From Sulfurovum sp. (GTDB lineage: Bacteria > Campylobacterota > Campylobacteria > Campylobacterales > Sulfurovaceae): 64,000 nucleotides of DNA. The position numbers were made by a program, and so were the translations under genes. Under the pieces are notes generated by a model. That model saw only the letters and a program-made list of their open reading frames with translations, was not told where the DNA came from and ran no database searches. The stretch covers positions 415 to 64,414 of the forward strand of contig JAUUDF010000018.1 of NCBI GenBank assembly GCA_030826885.1, written 5' to 3'. Positions 1 through 10,529 of the stretch are shown here, piece after piece. Within the stretch, counting starts at the first letter, position 1. Every line of letters begins with the position of its first letter.

Positions 1-471
1 GCATTGACTGGTCACCTCGTTCTTTCGACGCTGCATACCAATGATGCAATTTCTGCGGTAACAAGGATTTTGGATATGGGTATTGAAGAATATTTGGTAT
101 CCGGAGCGCTTGTCGCTATTCAGGCACAGAGACTGGTTCGTAAAATATGTCCGTACTGTAAAAGAGAGACAGTCCTGCCGGAGAAACTGTTGAGGGATGT
201 TAAACAGTATTTGCCCGAGAATCCTACATTCTACAAGGGTGAAGGGTGTAAAGAGTGTGGTATGTCCGGCTACAAAGGCAGAGAGATGATTTCGGAAGTA
301 TTGGTCGTCAGTGAAGTTATGTCACGTATGATCGCGCGTAACGCTTCAAAAGAGGAGTTGACCAAACAGGCCGTTGAAGAGGGCTTTATCAGTATGTTCG
401 AGGATGGTGTGCACAAAGCACTGGAGGGTAAAACCACAATTGAAGAAATTTATAGAGTAGCGAGATTGTAA
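1..471 (+). CDS. GspE/PilB-family type II/IV secretion ATPase, C-terminal part (gene begins before the window)
   Basis: [13 protein letters not shown] motif, [12 protein letters not shown]...GCKEC zinc motif and GYKGR; followed by a GspF-family gene. Confidence 0.9.
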   Translation, partial: ALTGHLVLSTLHTNDAISAVTRILDMGIEEYLVSGALVAIQAQRLVRKICPYCKRETVLPEKLLRDVKQYLPENPTFYKGEGCKECGMSGYKGREMISEVLVVSEVMSRMIARNASKEELTKQAVEEGFISMFEDGVHKALEGKTTIEEIYRVARL

Positions 472-472
472 A

Positions 473-1726
473 ATGGCATATTTTGAAGTAACAATATTGG
501 AGCGTGGTAAGAAACGGAGCGAGACGGTACAGGCAGATTCAAAAATGACTGCAATCAACATAATAAAGAGACAGCTTCCGCCATCGGCTATGGTTGTGAA
601 AGCAACAGAAACCAGTATGCCTCTTGACAGATTTTTTTCCGGATTGATGAGAGATTTGAAAAAATCTATGAAGTCCTCTATTCCGATCAATGACAAAATC
701 TCGACAATCAGACAGATTGCTGTTATGACGGACGCGGGGATTGCCATTAATGATACACTTGAGGATGTCGCCGAAAACACACATAATGAAAGATTAAAAG
801 AGATCTATGAAAATATCAATAGTGATATCAATGCGGGACACAGCATGTCAGATGCAATGGAGCCTTATACCGATGAATTTGGGCATGTAGCACTTGCCAT
901 GACAAAGTTGGGGGAGAGAACAGGGAATATTTCGGAGTCTTACCATAAACTTGCGAATATTTTGGAAAATATTCGGGACAATACGGCCAAGTTTAAAAAG
1001 GCGATACGTACACCAATAATCACTCTCATTGCAATGGGTATCGCATTTACAATATTGATTATGGTCGTTGTGCCCAAGTTCAAAGAAATTTTTTCCAAAT
1101 TCAAAGCAGATCTGCCTATTCCGACGCAGATACTTCTGAAGCTGGAATGGCTATTCAGTAACTATGGACTATATGTCTTACTGGCAATCTTTTTAGGTAT
1201 ATTTTTATTGAAGTTTTTCTACAAGAACAGCGAAGAGTTCAAGTACCGGGTTGACAAACTCTTGATACATCCTAAATTCTATCTGATCAATAAAGCCATC
1301 TTTCTTTCAACGATGCACAAGTACAACCTGGTTTTCGGCGAGCTTGTTAAATCGGGTATTCCTGTATCTGAGGCACTTGAGACAGCCGTCGGCATGGTAG
1401 ACAACCTTGCAATCAAAGAAGAGCTGCTAACGGTAAATGCCAATATCGGCCGGGGGATGAACCTCGCAGAGGCCTTTGCCCTGACAGGTCTGTATGAAAA
1501 TATGCTGCTTCAAATGATTAAAGCGGGAGAGTCCGGTGGACAGCTTGACGCAATGCTGGAAAAGGTTACACAGTATTATGATATGCAGTTTCAGGATCTT
1601 ATCGACAATCTTTCGGCCTATATTGAACCAATTATGCTTTTCTTCATTGCCGGCTTGGTGTTGCTTATGGCATTGGGAATCTTCATGCCTATGTGGGATC
1701 TTGGCAAAGCTGTAAAAGGGCACTAA
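473..1726 (+). CDS. Type II secretion/type IV pilus inner-membrane platform protein (GspF/PilC family)
   Basis: Two T2SSF repeats (GERTGNI, GESGGQLDAML) and an IEPIM...IFMPMW C-terminus. Confidence 0.9.
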   Translation: MAYFEVTILERGKKRSETVQADSKMTAINIIKRQLPPSAMVVKATETSMPLDRFFSGLMRDLKKSMKSSIPINDKISTIRQIAVMTDAGIAINDTLEDVAENTHNERLKEIYENINSDINAGHSMSDAMEPYTDEFGHVALAMTKLGERTGNISESYHKLANILENIRDNTAKFKKAIRTPIITLIAMGIAFTILIMVVVPKFKEIFSKFKADLPIPTQILLKLEWLFSNYGLYVLLAIFLGIFLLKFFYKNSEEFKYRVDKLLIHPKFYLINKAIFLSTMHKYNLVFGELVKSGIPVSEALETAVGMVDNLAIKEELLTVNANIGRGMNLAEAFALTGLYENMLLQMIKAGESGGQLDAMLEKVTQYYDMQFQDLIDNLSAYIEPIMLFFIAGLVLLMALGIFMPMWDLGKAVKGH

Positions 1727-1741
1727 GGAAAGTGCTTTTGG

Positions 1742-1777
1742 AAAGTAGAGCCAAACCTGTTTTGTTTGGCATGCTTT
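1742..1777. terminator. Possible bidirectional terminator between convergent gspF and kdsB
   Basis: GCCAAAC (1750-1756) pairs with GTTTGGC (1764-1770), with AAAGTA/TGCTTT flanks. Confidence 0.4.
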
Positions 1778-2495
1778 AGAGGCGGTGATGCCTGATCGCC
1801 TTCTCCAAGTCTTCCTGTGTATCGATACCGAAGCTTTCTGTTTCGACCTCAGCCATTGCTACTTCATATCCATGATAAAGTGCCCGAAGCTGTTCAAGTT
1901 TTTCTATCTCTTCAAGCGGTGCGGAGGAAAGTGCACAAAAGCGTGAAAGTGACTTAACCGTGAATCCGTAAATACCAAGATGACCCTTGTAGCTGTCAAA
2001 GTGATGGTCTCTGGGGTAGGGTATCTTCGCTCTGGAGAAGTAAAGTGCGATACCTTCGGTATCTGTAACGACCTTGACTATGTTTGGGTCATCCGCTTCG
2101 GAGTTGGTAATGCGTTTGTAGCAGGAGTTCATAAGGACTTTCTCATTGTCCCTGTTTTTCAGTGTCATATCATAGACGGCCTGTACCACATCACTCTCGA
2201 TGAAAGGCTCATCGCCCTGCACGTTAATGACTATGTCGTCTTCGTGCAGTTTTAAAATCTGCGCTGCTTCATAGATGCGGTCAGTCCCGCTTTTGTGCCT
2301 GTCTGACGTCATGACAGCATCAATACCGTGTTCTTTGGCAATCTCGATTACCTCCTGGGCATCTGTTGCAATGACAACTGAATCGATATTCTGTACTGCC
2401 ATAGCGGTTCTTATGACCATGGGAACACCCCCGATGTCTGCAAGAACCTTGTTGGGAAAGCGGCTGGAGCCTATTCGTGCGGGAATGATGATCAT
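1776..2495 (-). CDS. kdsB: 3-deoxy-manno-octulosonate cytidylyltransferase
   Basis: IIIPARIGSSRFPNK, SGTDRI, NVQGDEP and EKLEQLRAL motifs. Confidence 0.97.
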   Translation of the reverse strand: MIIIPARIGSSRFPNKVLADIGGVPMVIRTAMAVQNIDSVVIATDAQEVIEIAKEHGIDAVMTSDRHKSGTDRIYEAAQILKLHEDDIVINVQGDEPFIESDVVQAVYDMTLKNRDNEKVLMNSCYKRITNSEADDPNIVKVVTDTEGIALYFSRAKIPYPRDHHFDSYKGHLGIYGFTVKSLSRFCALSSAPLEEIEKLEQLRALYHGYEVAMAEVETESFGIDTQEDLEKAIRHHRL

Positions 2496-2582
2496 CTAAA
2501 ATCCTTCTGTTAGTAGTTAGTCTATTGATATTATTCTAATATTACACTTTATATGCTAAGATTAGCGACTCAAAGGATTACA

Positions 2583-3593
2583 ATGAAGCAAGCACTTTTT
2601 TTACTCAATATGGGGGGACCCAATAATCTGGATGAAGTAGAACTTTTTTTACATAATATGTTTTCAGATAAAAACATTTTACCAACCAATCCGGTGCTAC
2701 GTGCTTTGATACGTCGTATCATCATCTCAAAACGTTTGGATGAGGCAAAAGAGAGCTATGTGCATCTGGGAGGCAAATCTCCTCTGTCTGAATTGACACA
2801 GATACTTATTGATAAACTAAAAGATACATTAGGGATACCTGTCTATGCTGCTATGCGCTATGTTCCTCCGTTTGCAACGGAAGCATTGGTGATATGCAAA
2901 GAGGAGGGTATAGATGAGTTGTTACTCTTTCCACTCTATCCGCAATACTCTACCACGACAACACTCTCTTCCTACGAAGATATCGTTGCACGATGCAAAG
3001 CACTGGATTATCATCCTAAGATCACGATGCTGACATGTCAGTATTATGATGACATAGATTATCTCAATGCAAGTATAGAGCAGATAGTCAAAGCACTGGG
3101 TGCAAATGATCCGGGCGAATATGATCTATTGCTCTCAGCGCATGGTCTTCCGGTAAGTATTATTAAAGCGGGAGATCCTTATCAGCGCCAGGTGGAGTCC
3201 AATGTAAGTGCCATAAAGACCTTGCTGTATGCAAAAGGTATTATGTTTAAGGATGTTAAACTGGTATATCAGTCAAAAGTGGGGTCTGCTGCATGGCTGG
3301 AGCCCAATCTTGTTGATGTATTGAGAAATCCTGTCAATCGAAAAGTACTTATTTATCCTTTGGCATTTACGATTGATAATTCAGAAACGTTGTTTGAATT
3401 GGATATTGAACATCGTGAAATTGCAGAAAAACTAAAATATGAGTCATATATTGTTGCAGAGTGTATGAACGACAGTGACAGATTTGTGGATCTGATTAGC
3501 AAGTATGTCAATCACTATACACCAAAAACAAAATATGATCGTGCGTTTTGTTCAGACTGTAGTGTGTGTCTGTGTTGTGCGGAAGCGGGTTAA
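2583..3593 (+). CDS. hemH: Ferrochelatase with a Cys-rich C-terminal tail
   Basis: LLNMGGP, GGKSPL, AMRY, PLYPQYSTTT, SAHGLP, YQSKVG..WLEP and DNSETLFELD motifs; start placed at ATG 2583. Confidence 0.95.
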   Translation: MKQALFLLNMGGPNNLDEVELFLHNMFSDKNILPTNPVLRALIRRIIISKRLDEAKESYVHLGGKSPLSELTQILIDKLKDTLGIPVYAAMRYVPPFATEALVICKEEGIDELLLFPLYPQYSTTTTLSSYEDIVARCKALDYHPKITMLTCQYYDDIDYLNASIEQIVKALGANDPGEYDLLLSAHGLPVSIIKAGDPYQRQVESNVSAIKTLLYAKGIMFKDVKLVYQSKVGSAAWLEPNLVDVLRNPVNRKVLIYPLAFTIDNSETLFELDIEHREIAEKLKYESYIVAECMNDSDRFVDLISKYVNHYTPKTKYDRAFCSDCSVCLCCAEAG

Positions 3594-3953
3594 TGTATTT
3601 TGTATTCAAAGATCATGTTCAGACAGTGAGATCTCTGTTTTGGATAGTACTTATTGGTTCCTATATTTCCGCGATTCTTCCACAGGAGATGGCACCGACA
3701 ATAGGACACCTTTCTGACAAGTGGACCCATTTTTTGGCATTTTCAGTACTAACGGTACTGCTGCGTCTTGCTTATTGTGTTTCAATGGTACAGACATCGC
3801 TGCTTCTTTTCGCTTATGGCGTTTTTATAGAAGTATCGCAGTATTTTACACCAAACCGTTCTGCCGAAGTGCTTGATGTCATAGCAGATGTCATAGGTAT
3901 TGGCTTAGGTTTGATAGTTTATAATGTTTTACAAAGGGTGAGCAGGGTGCCTG

Positions 3954-3967
<14 letters not shown>
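3593..3967 (+). CDS. VanZ-family membrane protein
   Basis: SDKWTHFLAF, IEVSQYFTPNRS and DVIADVIG motifs; ATG overlaps the hemH stop. Confidence 0.85.
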
Positions 3968-4874
<907 letters not shown>

Positions 4875-4886
4875 TTACTCTACTCC

Positions 4887-6059
4887 TTAGATAGTGCGTT
4901 TAAATTCCGGGTAGGCTTCCATACCGCATTCGATGGCATCGATACCTTCGAGCTGTTCATCATCTTCGGCACGCAGCTGGAAGACTTTGTTAATACTATA
5001 GATTATAGCAAATGATAGTGGAAAAACAATAGCAGCGACGACCAAAACCCCTTTAAGTTGAGCCATAAAACTTACATCAGCGAAAATACCTACCGCAAGC
5101 GTTCCCCAGATACCGTTAGCCAGGTGAACGGAGAGTGCACCCACCGGGTCGTCCATCTTCAGCTTGTCAAAGAGCGGAACGAAGAGCACAACCAGCGCAG
5201 CACCGACAGCACCGATGAGAATAGGCGTGTAGATATTATACAGATCCGGTCCGGCAGTAACAGCGACAAGACCGCCAAGTGCACCGTTGAGGATCATGGT
5301 GATATCAAATTTTTTGTAGCGGAAGTAGGTAAGCAGCCATGCGGTGATGGCTCCGGCAAGACCGGCTGTGTTGGTATTCATAATGGTCAGTGCCACGGCA
5401 TCGGCATTCTCTTTCGTTGAGATTGCACCCACGGAACCGCCGTTAAATCCGAACCAGCCGATCCAGAGCAGGAATGCACCTAGTACGACCATAGGAATGT
5501 TGGAAGCAGGGATGACTTTGACAGTACCATTCTTTTTATAACGTCCGCGTCTTGGACCCATAATGAGAATGGCAGCTACCAGTGCCCATCCGCCCGTAGA
5601 GTGAATGACGGTCGATCCTGCAAGATCGTGCATACCGGAGATATCAAGAAAAGTACCGGAGAGGAAATTGGCTCCCCATGTGATGTTTACGATGGTAGGG
5701 TAGAGGAAGGCGCCTACTATAACTGTAAAAATTACCAGTGGAATAATACGTGAACGTTCACTGACCCCACCGCTCATAATATTCACGACCTTGCCGACAA
5801 AAGCCATCTGGAAAAGGAAAAAGGCATATTTGTTGATGCTCTCCTGGTGGTCCCAGCTTCCAAAAGCGTATTTGTAGCCGATAAGCAGAAATGACATCGA
5901 TGCGACGGCATAGATCATGGTGTTGACCGTAAGTACAGAGGCCACATTCTTTGTTCTTACCAGTCCGGCCTCAAGCATGGCAAAGCCGGGTACCATCAGA
6001 ATGATGAGGGTCATGGCAAAGAGTGCGAAAAACGTATCGATAACGTAATGCATTTCCAT
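4887..6059 (-). CDS. amt: Ammonium transporter (copy 1, no signal peptide)
   Basis: PGFAMLEAGLVR, DLAGSTVIH, WIGWFGFNGGS and DDPVGALSVH (twin His retained). Confidence 0.95.
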   Translation of the reverse strand: MEMHYVIDTFFALFAMTLIILMVPGFAMLEAGLVRTKNVASVLTVNTMIYAVASMSFLLIGYKYAFGSWDHQESINKYAFFLFQMAFVGKVVNIMSGGVSERSRIIPLVIFTVIVGAFLYPTIVNITWGANFLSGTFLDISGMHDLAGSTVIHSTGGWALVAAILIMGPRRGRYKKNGTVKVIPASNIPMVVLGAFLLWIGWFGFNGGSVGAISTKENADAVALTIMNTNTAGLAGAITAWLLTYFRYKKFDITMILNGALGGLVAVTAGPDLYNIYTPILIGAVGAALVVLFVPLFDKLKMDDPVGALSVHLANGIWGTLAVGIFADVSFMAQLKGVLVVAAIVFPLSFAIIYSINKVFQLRAEDDEQLEGIDAIECGMEAYPEFKRTI

Positions 6060-6093
6060 TATTGTCTCCTAAAACATAAATTATAGATATGTA

Positions 6094-6102
6094 AGTGTAT
6101 CA
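6094..6102 (-). promoter_or_regulatory. Putative extended -10 box (TGaTACACT) of amt copy 1
   Basis: The minus strand reads TGATACACT upstream of the AGGAG RBS; same spacing to the palindrome as at amt copy 2. Confidence 0.5.
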
Positions 6103-6130
6103 GGTAAGCAGATGAAAAGATAGTAAAATT

Positions 6131-6147
6131 TGATTAATAGTTGGGCA
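6131..6147. promoter_or_regulatory. 17-bp operator-like site TGATTAATAGTTGGGCA
   Basis: Variant of TGATTAA-N3-TTAATCA; 31 nt from the -10 hexamer of amt copy 1. Confidence 0.6.
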
Positions 6148-6183
6148 GTAGAGAGAAAATTGTGATGGCTTTAAGTGTCTATT

Positions 6184-6200
6184 TGATTAATTTTTAGGCA
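6184..6200. promoter_or_regulatory. 17-bp operator-like site TGATTAATTTTTAGGCA
   Basis: 15/17 identical to the site at 8077-8093. Confidence 0.65.
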
Positions 6201-6219
6201 TTGTGCCTTTTGTTACCAT

Positions 6220-6699
<480 letters not shown>

Positions 6700-8007
6700 T
6701 TAAAGGTTCACGCCCTTTTCTCCGTGTACTGCTTCGTCAAGACCGATCTCTTCAGTCTCTGCATCGACTCTTGCTCCGACTGTCAGTGCACTTGCAATGT
6801 AGTAGACGACAACAGTACCTATGAGTGTCCAGATACCGACCACAACGACAGACTCAATCTGTACCATGAACTGTCCCAGTCTGTCGCCGCTCTCTTTCAT
6901 CGGACCATCCCACAGAAGGTCTTTGTCATTCAGTGCAAGTAGACCGGTTGCAAGCGCACCCCAGAGGCCTGCAAGGAAGTGAATGCCGAAGGCATCGAGA
7001 GAATCGTCGTACCCAAGTTTTTTCTTCAATGTCACAACACCGAAGAAAGCAATTACTGAACCAAAGATACCTACGATGAACGCACCACCGATACTGACGA
7101 AACCTGCCGCCGGTGTAATGGCAACAAGACCGGCGATGATACCGGATGCAATTCCAAGCAGTGTAGGCTTTTTGAATACGATCCATTCAATAAGTATCCA
7201 AGTGACACCGGCAGCTGCTGTAGCCACCGTAGTGGTAAGTACCGCAAGACCTGCAACAGCGTTCGCACCAAATGCAGAACCACCGTTGAATCCGTACCAA
7301 CCGAACCAAAGCAGTGCTGCACCCGCAGCAGTGAAGATGATGCTGAAGGGTTTCATAGGTAATTTTGGGTATCCCGCTCTTTTGCCTACGAGGATAGCCA
7401 GTACCAGACCGGCAAGACCACCGTTCATGTGTACAACTGTACCACCCGCAAAGTCAAGTGCACCTGCATCGAATAGCAGTGCGCCGTCACCACCCCAAAC
7501 CATGTGTGTGATCGGTGCATAGACAACAAGACCCCAAAGGGCTACGATGACCATCCATGTGGAGAACTTCATACGTCCGATGACCGAACCGGATGCAATT
7601 GCTACGGTAATCGCAGCAAATGTCCCCTGGAAGGCAACAAAGACATATGTCGGATAGGTACCGCTGAGATCTGTCCATTTGACACCGTTTAGGAATATGT
7701 TACCTAATCCTCCAACGAATTTCTGGATGCCGGCACTCTCAGCTGCACCGAATGCAAGTGAATAACCCGCGACGATCCATACAACGAAAGCAAGTACGAA
7801 TGCACCCATCACCATTGCGTAGGTGTTCAATGCATTTTTGCTTCGTGTCATACCAGCGTAGAAGAGTGCAAGTCCTGCCGGTGTCATAAGGAGTACAAGC
7901 GCAGTGGAGATCATCATCCACGCTGTATCACCCGTATCGAGCTTGTCCGCTGCCGAAGCAGCAATAGGCATCAGAGATGCAAGTAGAGCGAAAAGTTTCA
8001 ACTTCAT
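6700..8007 (-). CDS. amtB: Ammonium transporter AmtB-type (copy 2, with signal peptide)
   Basis: Signal peptide, DTAWMMISTALVLLMTP.GLALFYAG, DFAGGTVVH, WFGWYGFNGGS and DDSLDAFGIH; AAGGA RBS before ATG 8007. Confidence 0.96.
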   Translation of the reverse strand: MKLKLFALLASLMPIAASAADKLDTGDTAWMMISTALVLLMTPAGLALFYAGMTRSKNALNTYAMVMGAFVLAFVVWIVAGYSLAFGAAESAGIQKFVGGLGNIFLNGVKWTDLSGTYPTYVFVAFQGTFAAITVAIASGSVIGRMKFSTWMVIVALWGLVVYAPITHMVWGGDGALLFDAGALDFAGGTVVHMNGGLAGLVLAILVGKRAGYPKLPMKPFSIIFTAAGAALLWFGWYGFNGGSAFGANAVAGLAVLTTTVATAAAGVTWILIEWIVFKKPTLLGIASGIIAGLVAITPAAGFVSIGGAFIVGIFGSVIAFFGVVTLKKKLGYDDSLDAFGIHFLAGLWGALATGLLALNDKDLLWDGPMKESGDRLGQFMVQIESVVVVGIWTLIGTVVVYYIASALTVGARVDAETEEIGLDEAVHGEKGVNL

Positions 8008-8039
8008 GCTATTTCCTTTATTGATTGATTTCAAGAGGT

Positions 8040-8048
8040 ATGATAACA
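8040..8048 (-). promoter_or_regulatory. Putative extended -10 box (TGtTATCAT) of amtB
   Basis: The minus strand reads TGTTATCAT; 31 nt from the palindrome. Confidence 0.55.
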
Positions 8049-8076
8049 TGAGTGTGTTTTTTTTATTCTACTATAC

Positions 8077-8093
8077 TGATTAATTTTTAATCA
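8077..8093. promoter_or_regulatory. Perfect 7-3-7 palindrome TGATTAA-TTT-TTAATCA, putative operator
   Basis: Directly visible; variants recur at 6131, 6184 and 9540. Confidence 0.75.
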
Positions 8094-8095
8094 AT

Positions 8096-8797
8096 TTATT
8101 GCAGTAAAGGGATTTCAAGTTTGATCGTTTTCTCTCCAAGCGTTGAGCGAATATTACTAGCTTCGGAAAGCTCTTTTATCTCTCCATCCTGGTCGATATA
8201 GCGTCCGTTGGCTGTAATGGAAAGCAAAGCAATCGGTACTCTTTTCTCTTCGATAATGACATGTTCACCCACAAGAAGCTTGAGTTCAATATGTATGGAG
8301 TCGGATGCCCGGAACGATTCAAGTGCCTTTCTGACTATTTTTGAAAAGCGGTTCTGGTCTATTTTAAGATGGGGCATGTCAGGGTCTGTCAGTAATTGAA
8401 GCGGATTGCTGTTTTTTGTTTTAAAGAGTGCAATATTAGCTTCAAGCAGCAGGTTGATATCGGTTGAAGAGAGCTTCTCTTTGTCAACGGGAGCACTGTT
8501 TCTTATGCGCGGTGCATTGTAAAAACGGATGGAAAGATACTCTTCATTCTCATACCCTACCGTAATGGAAAAGAAGTTAAAGGCATCATAGCGCAAAGAG
8601 AGGGCGGTTGTTTTGTATCCGAAATTTTGCGGTGCATAGGCAAGAGCAAGGTCAAAAAGCTCTTTGGTACTTACATATCCCAGCAGGATTTCGGCACTGT
8701 TGTTGAGGTAGAGAATTTTCCCCTGCGGACTAAACAGAATGAATGGATTGTTGTCCCACTCTACAAAGGGTTTAAAATCAATCGATAGCGTGTTCAT
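8096..8797 (-). CDS. PAS-domain protein with degenerate HATPase-like C-terminus (NtrB-like pseudokinase)
   Basis: PAS N-terminus (ILFSPQGKILYLNNSAEILLGY); DINLLLE...DPDMPHLKIDQNRFSKIVRKAL resembles NtrB DPSLP...DPDQIEQVLLNIVRNA; no H-box, N-box or G-box evident. Confidence 0.6.
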   Translation of the reverse strand: MNTLSIDFKPFVEWDNNPFILFSPQGKILYLNNSAEILLGYVSTKELFDLALAYAPQNFGYKTTALSLRYDAFNFFSITVGYENEEYLSIRFYNAPRIRNSAPVDKEKLSSTDINLLLEANIALFKTKNSNPLQLLTDPDMPHLKIDQNRFSKIVRKALESFRASDSIHIELKLLVGEHVIIEEKRVPIALLSITANGRYIDQDGEIKELSEASNIRSTLGEKTIKLEIPLLQ

Positions 8798-9512
8798 GGA
8801 TCTTTTTCCTTAGTGTGTTCCGGTTGATTCCTAGTACTTCAGAGAGTTTGAGCTGTGAGCCGTATTTTTGAAGTCCTACTTTGATAAGCGGTACTTCGTA
8901 GAGGCCAAGATGCTCCTTGTAGCCGTTATTGCCCTCAAGGTGCTCGACAAAATAGCGGTAGAGTGCCGACTTGATCTCCTCTTCTCCCATCTGCTGTATC
9001 ATGAGATGGTAGAAGACTGCACGTCTGAGGCTTTTGCTGTTCATGGTTATATCTGAAGGAATTTCATCGGGTGAAAAGGCATTGTCGTTGAGCATGAGTG
9101 TACGGCAGGCCTCTTTGAGAAACAGCGTTTTCAAATGTTGAAGATCTTCGGGACGCTCTTTGAGAGAGGGCATGGTGTATATGAAAGCAAAAAGAGTATC
9201 GATGGTTTTCTGGTTGCCGACATAGTTGGCAGTAGCGATAATGCGTTTGTTGTCGAAGTCGAGACTCTCTTTGTTTGGCAGTTGTTCAAAGTCAGTAATG
9301 ATGAGCTCTTCCGAATCGTTGAGCAAACGCTCTACAGCCTCCTGATCCTCTCCCGAAACGACCGGCACATCCGGGAAGAGGTGGGTGACCAGACTCTTTT
9401 TCCCGGTATGGGGCTCTCCGATGAGAACGGAGGAGACGAAAAGGGTACGGGTGAGGTTCAGTCCCTGGATGATCTGCTCCACCTCAGGCGAACGTGTATA
9501 AAATGTGTCCAT
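8778..9512 (-). CDS. Fis/NtrC-type HTH regulator with degenerate AAA+ domain and no receiver domain
   Basis: SVLIGEPHTGKKSL (Walker A-like), RIIATAN, MPSLKERPEDL and C-terminal HTH SQLKLSEVLGINRNTLRKKI; no GAFTGA. Confidence 0.8.
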   Translation of the reverse strand: MDTFYTRSPEVEQIIQGLNLTRTLFVSSVLIGEPHTGKKSLVTHLFPDVPVVSGEDQEAVERLLNDSEELIITDFEQLPNKESLDFDNKRIIATANYVGNQKTIDTLFAFIYTMPSLKERPEDLQHLKTLFLKEACRTLMLNDNAFSPDEIPSDITMNSKSLRRAVFYHLMIQQMGEEEIKSALYRYFVEHLEGNNGYKEHLGLYEVPLIKVGLQKYGSQLKLSEVLGINRNTLRKKIHEHAID

Positions 9513-9539
9513 GATGTTATTGGGTTCCTTCCTGCTTGG

Positions 9540-9556
9540 TGATTAAAAAATAATCA
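9540..9556. promoter_or_regulatory. 17-bp operator-like site TGATTAAAAAATAATCA in the regulator leader
   Basis: Lies between the extended -10 TGTTATAAT (9573-9581, minus strand) and the ATG at 9512. Confidence 0.65.
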
Positions 9557-9632
9557 ACTTTGTATTAAAAATATTATAACAAAGTTATGTTAAACTACCT
9601 GCAAGGAAATACTATATTAAGAAGGCAAGCGT

Positions 9633-10523
9633 ATCAAAGAGGCATTTAGACACTTTTGTCATACCCATCCCTACCTGCCGCTGGAGAGTGCAATAGAGTA
9701 TTTTTCCATTTTGGGCGGTATTGAGACGCAGACAGAGCTTGACTTTTTTCAAAGTGTTGAAGCGATGGTCACGGCAAAATTTGTTGAACAGTTTGCCACG
9801 TTCGAGCAGATGATCTCTCCTTCCTATCTTCTGGAGTCTCCCTATAGAGAAATACTTACCGCTGCTGCCAGAGGTGACGGCAAATACTATTCCGTACTGC
9901 GTAAGGCGCGCATGAGTGAAAGTGTGGGCGAGGGGATCATGGATGAACTGGTTTCGCTGGGGGTGCTTCGCATCGAGCCAAGCCGGGAACAGCCGCTGAA
10001 AACCCACCCCAAACACAAACTCAAAAAGGAGCTGCGTAGCTATCGTATTCAGGACAAACTCCGTTTTGTACAGCCTTTTATGCGTTTTTGGTTCGGGTTT
10101 GTTTCGCCTTTTAGTCAGATGCTCATAGAGGGGAGGGGAGAATCTTTTCTGGAGAACTTCACGAACCATTATGAGCGTTTGCGTACACTGGTCTACGAGC
10201 AGCTTTGCGATGCATTTCTGGTTGACTATTTTGCCGATACCACACCGCTGCTCAGTCACGGAAGCTACTGGAACCAGTACAGCGAATTTGACATACTGGC
10301 AGTCACGTCAGAGAAAAAACTGGTACTTGGTGAGTGTAAATACAAAGAGCGCAAAGTGTGCCGCAATGAGCTGAACAAACTGAAAGCCAAGGCGCTGCAG
10401 TCAGGTATTAAGGCAGATATCTATGCACTCTTTTCAAAAGACGGTTTTTCCAATGAGCTTTTGGGAATGGAAGATGACAACCTGCTATTGTTCGATTTGA
10501 CTGATCTGCAGAGGTTGTGTTAG
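9633..10523 (+). CDS. DUF234-domain (archaeal-ATPase-associated, restriction-endonuclease-like C-terminus) protein; start uncertain
   Basis: PFMRFWFGFV, GSYW..YSEFDIL and GECKY motifs; frame is open from 9621 and the first TTG is at 9711. Confidence 0.7.
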   Translation: MKEAFRHFCHTHPYLPLESAIEYFSILGGIETQTELDFFQSVEAMVTAKFVEQFATFEQMISPSYLLESPYREILTAAARGDGKYYSVLRKARMSESVGEGIMDELVSLGVLRIEPSREQPLKTHPKHKLKKELRSYRIQDKLRFVQPFMRFWFGFVSPFSQMLIEGRGESFLENFTNHYERLRTLVYEQLCDAFLVDYFADTTPLLSHGSYWNQYSEFDILAVTSEKKLVLGECKYKERKVCRNELNKLKAKALQSGIKADIYALFSKDGFSNELLGMEDDNLLLFDLTDLQRLC

Positions 10524-10529
10524 CCTGCA

